Assembly: GCA_044450765.1 (NCBI GenBank)
Contig: JBIOJK010000003.1
Span: 19,856 to 83,855, forward strand
Reading direction: 5' to 3'
Length of the DNA stretch: 64,000 nt
Source: Myxococcota bacterium
GTDB taxonomy: Bacteria > Myxococcota_A > UBA9160 > SZUA-336
How positions within the stretch are numbered: position 1 is the stretch's first letter; the number at the start of each line of letters is the position of its first letter. Below are positions 22,166-34,627 of this stretch, piece after piece. The notes below the pieces were generated by a model. The model did not search any database. It saw only the letters and a list, made by a program, of their open reading frames with translations, and was not told the DNA's origin. Position numbers and translations under genes: made by a program.

Positions 22166-22358
22166 GCGGTGGAAAACAGCAGCTCGCTCGCCGCCCACCG
22201 CGCGCGTCCACCGCAGAGCCACCTGCTGCGTCGCAGCGGCGTGAGGAAAATCTCCTGCGCGGCTGCTCCCGCACGCGGATTTTCCAGATTTCCACAGGGC
22301 TCTCTCCTACTCCTGCATTTCATGTCATAAGATCAGGAGCAGAGGGGCGGAGGTTGCT
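22166..22358. other. Candidate oriC segment or dnaN control region (dnaA-dnaN intergenic)
   Basis: Lies next to the gene-strand switch. Contains TCCACA-core boxes (TTTTCCAGA 22280-22288, TTCCACAGGG 22289-22298, TTTTCCACC on the minus strand at 22168-22176). Also an AT-rich 18-nt loop (22316-22333) flanked by CTCCTG/CAGGAG. Confidence 0.3.
22289..22298 (+). promoter_or_regulatory. DnaA-box-like element TTCCACAGGG (copy 1)
   Basis: ATTTCCACA matches 7 of 9 positions of TTATCCACA. The identical 10-mer recurs at 23532. Confidence 0.3.
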
Positions 22359-23462
22359 ATGAAGCTCAGCATCGAACGCGAAGAGCTGTTGCGCGGACTC
22401 GGCCGCGTGCAGGCGATCGTCGAGCGAAAAGGGACGATGCCGATCCTGGCGAACGTCCTGATCGAAGCGCGCGACGACGGTCTGACCCTGGCGGCGACGG
22501 ATCTCGAAGTCGCCGTCGTCGCGCGTCACCCCGCGAAGGTGAAGATCGCGGGCTCGGTCACGCTCGGCGCGAAGAAGCTGTACGAGATCGCGCGCGAGCT
22601 CGAGCACCCCGAGGTCTCGCTGGTCGCCGACGACGCGCGAGTCACTCTGACCTGCGGTCCGGCGAAGTTCAATCTCTTGTCGACGTCGCCGGAGGAGTAT
22701 CCGAGCGTTCCGAGCGCGGAGAGCACGACCTTCGCCCAGCTCGACACCGGCCTCGTCGCGGAGCTGATCGACCACACGCTGTACGCCACGTCGAGCGACG
22801 AGACCCGCTACAACCTGAACGGCGTCTTCATCGAGAGCGCCGACGGGAAGCGCGTGCGCTTCGTCGCCACCGACGGCTACCGGATCTCGCTCATCGAGCG
22901 CGCGGTGCCCAACCCGGTGGGCTTCCTGGCGAAGGGCATCATCGTGCCGCGCAAGGGCATCGCCGAGATCCGCAAGCTGTGCGACGAGGCGGACGGCTCG
23001 CTCGAGATCGGCGCCGCCGATGGATTTCTCCACGTGCGCCGGCCCGATCTGTTGCTCACCACGCGGCTGATCGACGGCGAGTTTCCCAACTACCGGCAGA
23101 TACTCCCCAAGAGCCACCGCGTTCGGCTGCTGGTGGAGCGCGAAAAGCTGCTGCACGCGGTGCGGCGCATCGCGCTCATGGCGCACGAGCGGTCGCGCGG
23201 GTTCCGCTTCGTGCTGGCCGACGGACAGCTCGACCTCTCGGCCAGCAACCCCGACCTGGGCGAGGCGCGCGAGCTGCTCCCGGTGGAGTATCAGGGCGAG
23301 CGCTTCGAGACCGCATTCAACGCGCGGTATCTGCTCGACGTGCTCGGTGCGATGACCGCGAAGGAAGTCGCCATCGAGCTCTCCGAGGAGCTCAGCCCGG
23401 CGCAAATCAGGCCTGCGGACGACGCCGATGAGAGCGCCGTCATCATGCCGATGCGGCTGTAG
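22359..23462 (+). CDS. dnaN: DNA polymerase III subunit beta (sliding clamp)
   Basis: 367 aa. MKLSIEREELLRGLGRVQAIVERKGTMPILANVLIEA is the canonical start. GGAGG RBS upstream. C-terminal IMPMRL. Confidence 0.95.
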   Translation: MKLSIEREELLRGLGRVQAIVERKGTMPILANVLIEARDDGLTLAATDLEVAVVARHPAKVKIAGSVTLGAKKLYEIARELEHPEVSLVADDARVTLTCGPAKFNLLSTSPEEYPSVPSAESTTFAQLDTGLVAELIDHTLYATSSDETRYNLNGVFIESADGKRVRFVATDGYRISLIERAVPNPVGFLAKGIIVPRKGIAEIRKLCDEADGSLEIGAADGFLHVRRPDLLLTTRLIDGEFPNYRQILPKSHRVRLLVEREKLLHAVRRIALMAHERSRGFRFVLADGQLDLSASNPDLGEARELLPVEYQGERFETAFNARYLLDVLGAMTAKEVAIELSEELSPAQIRPADDADESAVIMPMRL

Positions 23463-26084
<2,622 letters not shown>

Positions 26085-26094
26085 GTCACTGACC

Positions 26095-28578
26095 ATGTCG
26101 GAAACGCCCGAGACTCCCGAGCTCCCGCCGGTCAATCCGCCGACCCCGGTCGCGATCGAAGACGAGATGCGCCGCTCGTTCCTCGACTACTCGATGTCGG
26201 TCATCATCAGCCGCGCGCTGCCCGACGTGCGCGATGGGCTGAAGCCGTCGCAGCGCCGCATCCTGGTCACGTTCAACGACCTGAATCTCTCGAACGATCG
26301 CCCGTACCGGAAGTGCGCCAAGATCTCCGGCGACGTCTCGGGCAACTATCACCCGCACGGCGAAGCCGTCGTCTACCCGTCGCTGGTGCGCCTCGCCCAG
26401 CCGTTCTCGATGCGCTACCCGCTCGTCGACGGCCAGGGCAACTTCGGCTCGATCGACGGCGATCCGCCCGCAGCGATGCGCTACACCGAAGCGCGACTCA
26501 CTCGGATCGCGACCGAGATGCTCGCGGATCTCGAGCGCGAGACCGTCGACTACGTCCCGAACTACGACAACACGCGCAGCGAGCCGATCGTGTTGCCGAC
26601 CCGCATTCCGAATCTGGTCGTGAACGGCTCGTCGGGAATCGCGGTCGGCATGGCCACGAACATCCCGCCGCACAACATCGGCGAGACCGTCGACGCGCTC
26701 GTCATGCTGGCGCAGAACCCGCGCGCCTCGCTCGACGAGCTGATGGAGAAGCTGCCCGGCCCGGACTTCCCCACGGGCGCGCTGATCTGCGGCGCCGGCC
26801 CGATCCGCGAGGCGTACCGCACCGGCCGCGGCCTGCTCACCGTGCGGGCGCGCGCTGCCGTCGAGGAAGCCCGCGGCGGCAAGCAGCGCATCGTCGTCGA
26901 CGAGATCCCGTACATGGTCAACAAGGCGTCGATGATCGAGAAGATCGCCGAGCTGGTGCGCGACGGGCGCATCGACGGGATCTCCGACGTGCGCGACGAG
27001 TCCGACCGCCGCGGCATGCGCGTCGTGGTCGAGCTGAAGAAGGACGCCGACGACCAGGTCGTGCTGAACCAGCTGTTCAAGCTCACCCCGATGCAGACCA
27101 CGTTCGGCGTGAACATGGTCGCGCTGGTGCGCAACCGGCCGCAGACACTCGGCCTGATTCCGCTGCTGCAGCACTTCCTCGACTTCCGCCGCGAGGTCGT
27201 GCGCCGGCGCGCGGCGTTCGACCTGCGCCAGGCCGAGGCGCGCGCACACATCTTGGAAGGCTTCGCGATCGCGCTCGACAACCTGGACGCCGTGATCGCG
27301 CTGATCCGCGCCAGTCAGAGCCCGGCCGAGGCGCGGGCCGGACTCGAGTCACGGTTCGGACTGAGCGAGCGCCAGGCGCAGGCGATCCTCGAGCTGCGCC
27401 TGCAGCGACTGACTGCCATGGAGCGCCAGAAGATCCTCGACGAGCTCGCCGAGGTGCGCGCGCTGATCGAGGAGCTGAAGGCGCTGCTCGCGAGCGACCC
27501 GCTCGTCACCGCCAAGATCATCGAGGAGCTCAGCGAGATCCGCGCGAAGTACGCGGACGAGCGCCGCACCGAGCTGGCCGCGCCGGTCGAGGACTTCACG
27601 ACCGAGGATCTGATCGCGGAAGAGGACATGGTCGTGACGATCACCCACCGCGGCTACGCGAAGCGCCACGTCCCGCGCCTGTACCGGGCTCAGAAGCGCG
27701 GCGGAAAGGGCAAGGTCGCCGCATCCACGGCCGACGAGGACTTCGTCGAGCAAGTCATCGTCGCCTCGACTCACGCCTATCTGCTCTGTTTCACGAATCT
27801 CGGCCGCGTCTACTGGCTGAAGGTCTTCGAGCTGCCCGAGCTCTCGCGCGCCGCCAAGGGAAAGGCGCTGGTGAACCTGCTGCGCCTGGGCGAAGGCGAG
27901 CGCATCCAGGCGATCCTGCCGGTGCGCAACTTCGACGAAGGCGGCTTCGTCGTGCTGGCGACGCGCCAGGGCACGATCAAGAAGACGGAGCTCGCGGCGT
28001 TCTCGAACCCGCGCCCGAGCGGCATCATCGCGCTCAACATCTCCGAGGGCGACGAGCTGATCGCCGCCGCGCGCACCACCGGCGCAGAAGAAATTCTATT
28101 GGCGACTCAGGACGGCAAGTCGATCCGCTTCAAGGAAGAGCAAGTCCGCCCGATGGGCCGCAGCGCCACCGGCGTGCGCGGCATCTCCACGCGCGAGGGC
28201 GACGCCACCGTCGGCATGGAAGTCCTGAAGCCCGGCAAGACGATCCTCACGGTGAGTGAGAACGGCTTCGGCAAGCGGACGCCGCTCGAGGACTACCGCG
28301 AGCAGAACCGCGGCGGGCAGGGAATCATCACGATCAAGACGAGCGAGCGGAACGGCCAGGTCGTCGGGATCCTGCAAGTGAGTGACGGCGACGAGATCAT
28401 GCTGATCACGAACGGCGGGAAGATGATTCGCACGCGCGTCGCCGAGATTCCCACGATGAGCCGCAACACGCAGGGCGTGCGCCTGATGGAGCCGTCCGAC
28501 GGCGAACGCGTCGTCTCGGTCGCGAAGCTCGCCGAAGAGCCCGACGACGAGATTGACTCGGGAGCGGAAGGCCCGTGA
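26095..28578 (+). CDS. gyrA: DNA gyrase subunit A
   Basis: 827 aa. [21 protein letters not shown] (catalytic Tyr), GyrA-box region and beta-pinwheel repeats. Confidence 0.97.
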   Translation: MSETPETPELPPVNPPTPVAIEDEMRRSFLDYSMSVIISRALPDVRDGLKPSQRRILVTFNDLNLSNDRPYRKCAKISGDVSGNYHPHGEAVVYPSLVRLAQPFSMRYPLVDGQGNFGSIDGDPPAAMRYTEARLTRIATEMLADLERETVDYVPNYDNTRSEPIVLPTRIPNLVVNGSSGIAVGMATNIPPHNIGETVDALVMLAQNPRASLDELMEKLPGPDFPTGALICGAGPIREAYRTGRGLLTVRARAAVEEARGGKQRIVVDEIPYMVNKASMIEKIAELVRDGRIDGISDVRDESDRRGMRVVVELKKDADDQVVLNQLFKLTPMQTTFGVNMVALVRNRPQTLGLIPLLQHFLDFRREVVRRRAAFDLRQAEARAHILEGFAIALDNLDAVIALIRASQSPAEARAGLESRFGLSERQAQAILELRLQRLTAMERQKILDELAEVRALIEELKALLASDPLVTAKIIEELSEIRAKYADERRTELAAPVEDFTTEDLIAEEDMVVTITHRGYAKRHVPRLYRAQKRGGKGKVAASTADEDFVEQVIVASTHAYLLCFTNLGRVYWLKVFELPELSRAAKGKALVNLLRLGEGERIQAILPVRNFDEGGFVVLATRQGTIKKTELAAFSNPRPSGIIALNISEGDELIAAARTTGAEEILLATQDGKSIRFKEEQVRPMGRSATGVRGISTREGDATVGMEVLKPGKTILTVSENGFGKRTPLEDYREQNRGGQGIITIKTSERNGQVVGILQVSDGDEIMLITNGGKMIRTRVAEIPTMSRNTQGVRLMEPSDGERVVSVAKLAEEPDDEIDSGAEGP

Positions 28579-29858
28579 AGACGGGGCGCTCGAAGCGCCT
28601 CATGAAGCGCGGCCGCGAGGTGATTCCCGGCGGCGTGAACAGTCCGGTGCGCGCGTTCGGGTACGTCGGCGGTCACGCGCGTTTCATCCGCTCGGCGTCG
28701 GGCGCGCGCATCGAGGACGAGGACGGCAACCGCTACGTCGACTGGGTCGCCTCCTGGGGCGCGATCCTCGTGGGTCACGCGCACCCGATCGTGCTCGAGG
28801 CGGTGCGCGCCGCGGCCGCGCGCGGCACCAGCTTCGGAGCGCCGACCGAAGCCGAGATCGCGCTCGCGGAACGCGTGGTCGAGCTCGTGCCGGGCGTCGA
28901 GATGTTGCGGCTCGTGTCGTCGGGGACCGAGGCCACGATGAGCGCGATCCGCCTCGGGCGCGGCGCCACCGGACGCGATCGGATCGTGAAGTTCGAGGGC
29001 TGCTACCACGGTCACCCCGACCACATGCTGGCGGCCGCCGGCTCCGGCGTTGCGACGCTCGGCATCCCGGGCACCGACGGCGTGCCGCGCGCCGCCGTCG
29101 CGGACACGATCGTGCTGCCGTTCAACGACCTCGCTCGCGTCGAGGCGCTGTTCGCCGAGCGGGGAGGCGAGATCGCCGGCGTGATCGTCGAGCCGGTCGC
29201 CGCGAACATGGGCTTGGTGCTGCCCGCCGAGGGCTTCCTGCGCGGCCTGCGCGCGCTCTGCGACCGACACGGATCTGTGTTGATCTTCGACGAGGTCATC
29301 ACCGGCTTTCGCGTCGCGCTCGGCGGCGCGCAAGCGCGCTACGGAGTGATTCCCGATCTGTCGACCTTCGGCAAAGTGATTGGCGGGGGGCTGCCCGTCG
29401 GCGCGTACGGCGGTCGGCGCGCACTGCTCGAGCGCATGGCGCCCGAGGGGCCCGTCTACCAGGCCGGCACGCTCTCCGGAAATCCGCTCGCCACCGCGGC
29501 CGGTCTGGCGGTGCTCGAGCTCGCGAGCCGACCCGGCACTTACGACGCGCTCGAGCTCACCGCGACGCGGGTCGCGCAGGGGCTCGAGCGGCTGGCGCGC
29601 GAGTCCGGCGTTCCCTTCAGCGCGAGCGCCGTCGGCGGGCTGTTCGGCTTCTTCTTTCACCCCGGGCCGGTGACGAGCTACGCGGACGCGCAGAAGGCCG
29701 ACGCCGCGCGCTTCCGGACCTTCTTCCACGCGATGCTCGAGCAGGGCATCTACCTGGCGCCCTCGCCCTTCGAGGCCGGCTTCGTGACTGCCGCGCACGG
29801 CGACGCGGAGATCGACGAGACTCTCGAAGCGGCGCGCCGCGCGTTCCGGAAGATCTGA
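28575..29858 (+). CDS. hemL: Glutamate-1-semialdehyde 2,1-aminomutase
   Basis: 427 aa. [45 protein letters not shown] (PLP Lys). GTGA overlap with the gyrA stop; alternative ATG at 28602. Confidence 0.95.
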   Translation: MKTGRSKRLMKRGREVIPGGVNSPVRAFGYVGGHARFIRSASGARIEDEDGNRYVDWVASWGAILVGHAHPIVLEAVRAAAARGTSFGAPTEAEIALAERVVELVPGVEMLRLVSSGTEATMSAIRLGRGATGRDRIVKFEGCYHGHPDHMLAAAGSGVATLGIPGTDGVPRAAVADTIVLPFNDLARVEALFAERGGEIAGVIVEPVAANMGLVLPAEGFLRGLRALCDRHGSVLIFDEVITGFRVALGGAQARYGVIPDLSTFGKVIGGGLPVGAYGGRRALLERMAPEGPVYQAGTLSGNPLATAAGLAVLELASRPGTYDALELTATRVAQGLERLARESGVPFSASAVGGLFGFFFHPGPVTSYADAQKADAARFRTFFHAMLEQGIYLAPSPFEAGFVTAAHGDAEIDETLEAARRAFRKI

Positions 29859-29905
29859 CCCGCGTGGAGCCCGAGCGCCGCCCGCCGCGCCTCAGTCCGA
29901 TCAAG

Positions 29906-30094
29906 ATGGGCCGCGGCGCCGAGACCGCCTGGGAGGCGGCGCTCTCGGTCGTGGTCGGCGTGGTGCTCGGAATCTTCGTGGACAAGTGGACGGGACTCTC
30001 GCCGATCTTCACGTTCGTGTTTCTGCTGCTCGGCGTGGTGAACGCATTCCGCCGCTTGATCGCGCTGGCGAAGTCGAACGCGCCTCCACCGTGA
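29906..30094 (+). CDS. AtpZ/AtpI-family small membrane protein (ATP synthase accessory)
   Basis: Two TM helices (AWEAALSVVVGVVLGIFVDKW; SPIFTFVFLLLGVVNAFRRLI). Positioned before atpI-atpB-atpE. Alternative GTG start at 29864. Confidence 0.7.
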   Translation: MGRGAETAWEAALSVVVGVVLGIFVDKWTGLSPIFTFVFLLLGVVNAFRRLIALAKSNAPPP

Positions 30095-30450
30095 GTCCTC
30101 TCCGCAGCGCTTCGTTGCAGGTCAAGCACGCGCTGCTTCTCGCGCTTGCAATCGCGGGGGCGATTCCGTATGGATGCCACGCCGTTTTGAGCCTGGCTCT
30201 GGCGGGAGGGATCCAGGTCGTGAATCTCGCGGTCTTAGAGGGCAGCGTGCGCCTCGTGATCGGCGGACGGGCCGCGCGTCCGGCCGCACAGCTCGTGCTG
30301 TTCCTGCGACTGCTCTTGCTCGGCGCCGCGGTCTTCGCGGCGCTCGGCTACGCGGGCGCGGCGCCGGCGCCGTTCGTGATCGGGCTGCTCGCCGTAGTGC
30401 CGGCCGCGCTCTGGCACGGCGCGAGCCGCGCGGTCGAATCGAGTCAGTGA
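30091..30450 (+). CDS. atpI: ATP synthase subunit I-like membrane protein
   Basis: GTG at 30091 overlaps the upstream stop (GTGA). About 119 aa and hydrophobic (LLLALAIAG..., LVLFLRLLLLGAAVFAAL..., FVIGLLAVVPAAL). Assigned by position and topology only. Confidence 0.6.
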   Translation: MSPLRSASLQVKHALLLALAIAGAIPYGCHAVLSLALAGGIQVVNLAVLEGSVRLVIGGRAARPAAQLVLFLRLLLLGAAVFAALGYAGAAPAPFVIGLLAVVPAALWHGASRAVESSQ

Positions 30451-31145
30451 TGCACCACGCCCCGACCATCTACGGCGCGCTCGAGGCCTCCGTCCCGGTG
30501 ATCGTGCAGACGGTGGTTGCCGCCGTGTTGATCACGCTGCTGGTCGCGTGGCGGGTCGGCGCGAGCATCGGTCCCGACGCCCTCGTGCCCGACGCGCGGT
30601 TCTCGCTGCGCAACGTCGTGGAGGTGCTGTTCGAGGGCATCTGCTCGCTCGCGCACGACGCGATCGGCCACGACTGGAAGAAATACATGCCGCTGCTCGG
30701 GACGCTCGGCCTGTTCATCCTGATCGCGAATCTGATGGGCACCGTGCCGGGCCTGGGCGGGCCGACGTCGTACGTCGAGACGAATCTCTCCTGGGCGATC
30801 CTCTCGGTCGTGACTTCCGAAGTCGCCGCGATGCGCGTGAACGGGATCGCAGGCTGGGCCAAACACATGGCTCCGGGACCCTGGTGGCTCGCGCCGCTGA
30901 TGTTCCCCGTCGAGCTGTTCAGTCACTTGGTCCGCTTCGTGTCGCTCACGATCCGGCTCACGGCCAACATGTTCGCCGACCACACGCTGGTGGCGATCTT
31001 CGTCGGCGGCTTCGGCGCCACGGTTGCGATCCTGTTTCCGTGGATCGTGCTCGCACTCAGCGTCTTCGTCTGCTTCGTGCAGGCGTTCATATTCACGTTC
31101 CTCACGATGCTCTACATAGGTTTGGGCACCGAGGAATCTCACTGA
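30450..31145 (+). CDS. atpB: F0F1 ATP synthase subunit a
   Basis: ATG at 30450 (TGATG overlap). Contains LSLTIRLTANMFADH with the essential Arg, plus multiple TM helices. Confidence 0.9.
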   Translation: MHHAPTIYGALEASVPVIVQTVVAAVLITLLVAWRVGASIGPDALVPDARFSLRNVVEVLFEGICSLAHDAIGHDWKKYMPLLGTLGLFILIANLMGTVPGLGGPTSYVETNLSWAILSVVTSEVAAMRVNGIAGWAKHMAPGPWWLAPLMFPVELFSHLVRFVSLTIRLTANMFADHTLVAIFVGGFGATVAILFPWIVLALSVFVCFVQAFIFTFLTMLYIGLGTEESH

Positions 31146-31156
31146 AAGGAAGTGGA

Positions 31157-31462
31157 ATGCGCGCGCTTTACTTCGCTCTGGCTCTCGTCGCTCTGTGTCT
31201 CGCCCCGGACCTCGCGTTCGCGGCGGAGGAGGGCGCCGCGGGCGGGAGCATGGCGATCGGCGCCGGCCTCGCGATCGGACTCGCGGTGCTCGGCGCGGGC
31301 ATCGGCCAGGGACTCACTGCGGGCAACGCTGCGGCGGGTGTCGCGCGGAATCCCGGTGCCGCGGGCGCGATCCAGACGCTGATGATCATCGGCCTCGCGC
31401 TGATCGAGTCGATCGCGCTGCTCGCGTTCGTGATCGCGTTCCTGATCCAGGGCAAATTCTAG
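31157..31462 (+). CDS. atpE: F0F1 ATP synthase subunit c with a signal-peptide-like N-terminal extension
   Basis: 101 aa. GAGIGQG, the ARNPGAAG loop, and LIESIALLAF (ion-binding Glu). Preceded by MRALYFALALVALCLAPDLAFAAEEG. GGAAG RBS. Confidence 0.9.
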   Translation: MRALYFALALVALCLAPDLAFAAEEGAAGGSMAIGAGLAIGLAVLGAGIGQGLTAGNAAAGVARNPGAAGAIQTLMIIGLALIESIALLAFVIAFLIQGKF

Positions 31463-31486
31463 AACCGATCGCCCGGTTCACCTCGA

Positions 31487-31529
31487 AGCGCTCGCGCGTT
31501 CACAGAGACGCGCGGGCGCTCTCGTTTTT
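31487..31529 (+). terminator. Rho-independent terminator after atpE
   Basis: AGCGCTCGCGCG (31487-31498), a 10-nt loop, CGCGCGGGCGCT (31509-31520; one G-T mismatch), then CTCGTTTTT. Confidence 0.6.
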
Positions 31530-31668
31530 CGCGCACTTCGCCGCGGCACGGCCGTTGCTGAAGCAGACGGCCGGGTGGAACGGGATGCCCTTTCACGGGA
31601 CCAGGGATCCCCGGAAGCCCATGCCGGATGGGGATACGGGGAATGGCGTGCGATCAACGGGGTGAGGC

Positions 31669-32322
31669 GTGCGCCTTCCCCATCCGGCTTCCAGGAGAGA
31701 GACTCCCGCGGTGGGCGCTGTGAGCAGACGCGGCCGGTTCATCGTCTTCGAGGGCATCGACGGCTCGGGGAAGTCCGAGCAGGTGCGCCGCCTGGCCACC
31801 TGGCTTCGCGCGGAGCGACACGCTGTGGTGTCAACGCGCGAGCCCACCGACGGCGAGTGGGGCCGGACCTACCGCGCGTGGGGGCGGGGCGAGTTCGAGG
31901 CCGCGCCAGACGAGGTGCTCGGCTGGTTTCTCGCAGACCGGCGCGAGCACGTGGCGGGGGTGATTCGCCCGGCGCTCGAGCGCGGCGAGGTCGTCGTCTG
32001 CGATCGCTACCGCGACTCGACGCGCGCCTACCAGGCGGCGCAGGGGATCGACCGCGTGCGATTGCGCGAGCTGTTCGCGGCCGCGGAGTTTCCCGAGCCC
32101 GATCTCGTGCTCTGGCTGCGCGTGCCGGTCGCGACCGCGCTCGCGCGCATGGGGAAGGCGGCGGAGGAGCGCTTCGAGCGCGCCGATTTCCTGTTCCGCG
32201 TCGACGCCGAGTACGAGCGCTTGGGACTCACTCCGCTCGATGCGAGCGGCGATCCCGACGCCGTCGAGCGGGCGGTCCGCGCGCGCGTGGAGCGCGTGCT
32301 CGGGGACGCCGTCGTTCCTTGA
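31669..32322 (+). CDS. tmk: Thymidylate kinase; start uncertain
   Basis: GRFIVFEGIDGSGKSEQVRRLATWL (P-loop), REPTDGEWG, DRYRDSTRAYQ. In-frame GTGs at 31714 and 31723 are closer to the P-loop. Confidence 0.85.
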   Translation: MRLPHPASRRETPAVGAVSRRGRFIVFEGIDGSGKSEQVRRLATWLRAERHAVVSTREPTDGEWGRTYRAWGRGEFEAAPDEVLGWFLADRREHVAGVIRPALERGEVVVCDRYRDSTRAYQAAQGIDRVRLRELFAAAEFPEPDLVLWLRVPVATALARMGKAAEERFERADFLFRVDAEYERLGLTPLDASGDPDAVERAVRARVERVLGDAVVP

Positions 32323-32353
32323 CCGGGCGCCCGCGTCGCGGGACTCTGCGCGC

Positions 32354-32974
32354 GTGGATCCGGTCGCATTCGTGGTCGCGGGCAGCGCAGTCACCTGGAC
32401 GGAGCTCGTCGGTGACGCCACCGGGCTGGCGTGCGTCTATCTCGTGGCGCGGGCCAACATCTGGAACTGGCCGCTCGGGATCGCGAATACGCTGCTCTTC
32501 TTCGCCGTGTTCGCACGCGCGCGGCTGTACGGCGACGCGCTGCTCCAGGTCGTCTTCGCAGCGCTGAACGGGTACGGCTGGTGGCTCTGGACCCGGCCCG
32601 GCGAGCGCGGCGGAGGGCTGCCCGTGCGGCGCGCCGCGCCGGTCGAGCTCGCCGGCTACGCGGCCGTGTCTCTCGCGGGCACCGCGCTCGCCGCGCTGAT
32701 CCTCGCGCGCAAGACCGACTCACCCGTTCCGCTGTGGGACGCGAGCGTGCTCGTGCTGAGTCTGGTGGCCACGTACGCGCAGGCCGAGAAGGTCGTCGAA
32801 TCGTGGGGGCTGTGGATCGCCGTGGACGTGATCTCGGTGCCGCTCTACGTCGCGCGCGCGCTCTACCCGACGGCCCTTCTGTACGCGCTGTTTCTGCTGC
32901 TCTGCGTCCTCGGTCTGCGCGAGTGGATGCGGCTCCTGCGCGAGCAGCGCGCGCTCGCGGGGCCGGCGCCGTGA
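32354..32974 (+). CDS. pnuC: Nicotinamide riboside transporter PnuC
   Basis: GTG at 32354. YLVARANIWNWPLGIANTLLFFAVF, NGYGWWLW and WIAVDVISVPLY are PnuC hallmarks. Confidence 0.85.
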   Translation: MDPVAFVVAGSAVTWTELVGDATGLACVYLVARANIWNWPLGIANTLLFFAVFARARLYGDALLQVVFAALNGYGWWLWTRPGERGGGLPVRRAAPVELAGYAAVSLAGTALAALILARKTDSPVPLWDASVLVLSLVATYAQAEKVVESWGLWIAVDVISVPLYVARALYPTALLYALFLLLCVLGLREWMRLLREQRALAGPAP

Positions 32975-33936
32975 AGGCGAAGCACGGCCTGGTGCGCGGC
33001 CGCTTCCATCCGCCGCACGCGGGCCATCACTTGTTGGTGCGCACGGCGGCGCGCGCGTGCGAGCGCGTCACCGTGCAGGTCGTCGCGGCGCCGGGCGAGC
33101 GGATTCCGCTGGAGCGACGCGCAGCCTGGCTGCGCGAAGTTCACACCCCCGAGCCAAACGTCGAAGTCACTTGCCTCGCGGAGGTCGCCGCCGTCGACGC
33201 CCTCTTCAGCGAGGACACGATCGGGCCTGGCCTGCTGCCGGTGTCGAGTGCGCAGGTTCGCAGTGACCCGATCGCCTTCTGGGAGTATCTCGCGCCGCCG
33301 GTGCGGGCCGACCTCGCGAAGCGGGTCGTGATCATCGGCGCCGAGTCGACGGGCAAGACCACGCTCGCGCGCGAGCTGCGCGACCGACTCGCCGCGCGCG
33401 GCGGCGCGTTCGCCGAGACGCGCTGGGTCTCCGAGCTCGGCCGCGACTACACGCTCGAGAAGCTCGCGCTCGCGCGCGCCGAGGCTGGCTCGGGCGCCCT
33501 CCGACCCGGCATGGACGACCTGACCTGGACGACCGGCGACTTCGTCGCGATCGCGCGCGGACAGAACGCACTCGAAGCGAGCGAGGCGCGGGCCGGCGGG
33601 CCCGTTCTCGTCTGCGACACGGATACCTTCGCGACCGCCGTCTGGCACGAGCGCTACCTGGATCGGCGCGCCGCGGAAGTCGAGTCGCTCGCCATCGCGC
33701 GCCCCTCGCTCTATCTCGTGACTCACCCCGACGACGTCCCGTTCGCCGCGGACGAGATCCGCGACGGCGAGCATCTGCGCGCGTGGATGACCGAGCGATT
33801 CGTCGAGCGACTGCGCGCGAGCCCGCACCGCTTCGAGCTGCTGCGAGGCTCGCGGGCCGAGCGGGTCGCGCACGCGTGCGCCGCAGTCGACCGCTGGCTG
33901 ACCGGCGCGTTCGCGGGTGATTTCGGCCTTGGCTAG
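32971..33936 (+). CDS. nadR: NadR-type NMN adenylyltransferase / ribosylnicotinamide kinase (no N-terminal HTH visible)
   Basis: GTGA overlap with pnuC. GLVRGRFHPPHAGHHLLV (nucleotidyltransferase HxGH). VVIIGAESTGKTTLAREL (kinase P-loop). Confidence 0.8.
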   Translation: MKAKHGLVRGRFHPPHAGHHLLVRTAARACERVTVQVVAAPGERIPLERRAAWLREVHTPEPNVEVTCLAEVAAVDALFSEDTIGPGLLPVSSAQVRSDPIAFWEYLAPPVRADLAKRVVIIGAESTGKTTLARELRDRLAARGGAFAETRWVSELGRDYTLEKLALARAEAGSGALRPGMDDLTWTTGDFVAIARGQNALEASEARAGGPVLVCDTDTFATAVWHERYLDRRAAEVESLAIARPSLYLVTHPDDVPFAADEIRDGEHLRAWMTERFVERLRASPHRFELLRGSRAERVAHACAAVDRWLTGAFAGDFGLG

Positions 33937-33937
33937 C

Positions 33938-34627
33938 GTGCTCGGAGTCGATGGCTGCAACGGCGGCTGGATCGCGGCCTCGCGCGAGCGCGGAGTGATT
34001 CGCTGCCGCCGCGTCGCGCGGCTCGAGGAGCTGTTTCTCGGCGGCGCGGCGCCCGACGTCGTCGCCGTCGACATTCCGATCGGACTGCCGGAGCGCGGCG
34101 CGCGGGCCTGTGACGTCGCGGCGCGCGCGCTGCTGGGCCGAGCGCGAGCCTCGAGCGTCTTTCCCGCTCCGCTGCGCGCGCTGCTCGAGGTCGACTCCTA
34201 CGAGGAAGCGTCGCGGCTGCGCGAGCGCCTCGAGCGCAAGCGCATCTCGAAGCAGACCTGGATGATCGTGCCGAAGATCGCCGAGGTCGATCGCTTGCTG
34301 CGCCGCAGCGCGGAGGCGCGCGCGGCGGTCCGCGAGGTCCACCCCGAGGTCTGCTTCTACTACCTGAACGGCGAGCGGTCGTTGGCGGCGCCCAAGCGGA
34401 AGCCCGCCGGGCACGACGAGAGACTCGCGCTGCTCCGCGGCTGGTGCGGCGACGCCGCGGACCGCGCGCTCGCGGACCGCCGGCGACTCACTTGCCAGGC
34501 CGACGACGTGCTCGACGCCTTCGCCGCGCTCTGGAGCGCGGAGCGGATCGCCGCGGGAATCGCCGTGGTTCACCCCGCGAACCCCGAGCTCGACCGGCAG
34601 GGACTGCCGATGTCGATCAGCGCCTAG
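33938..34627 (+). CDS. DUF429-family protein (predicted RNase H-like fold)
   Basis: VLGVDGCNGGWIAA start and DVVAVDIPIGLPE are typical of DUF429. GTG at 33938 lies 1 nt after the nadR TAG. The track start at 33917 overlaps nadR. Confidence 0.7.
   Translation: MLGVDGCNGGWIAASRERGVIRCRRVARLEELFLGGAAPDVVAVDIPIGLPERGARACDVAARALLGRARASSVFPAPLRALLEVDSYEEASRLRERLERKRISKQTWMIVPKIAEVDRLLRRSAEARAAVREVHPEVCFYYLNGERSLAAPKRKPAGHDERLALLRGWCGDAADRALADRRRLTCQADDVLDAFAALWSAERIAAGIAVVHPANPELDRQGLPMSISA

Noticed and set aside
20222-22222. 666-aa minus-strand ORF antisense to dnaA
   Set aside because: Shadow ORF. DnaA motifs (Walker A/B, domain IV) are on the + strand.
26313-28259. 648-aa + strand ORF in an alternative frame of gyrA
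   Set aside because: Out-of-frame overlap with full-length GyrA. The translation is almost pure Arg/Ala/Pro/Gly.
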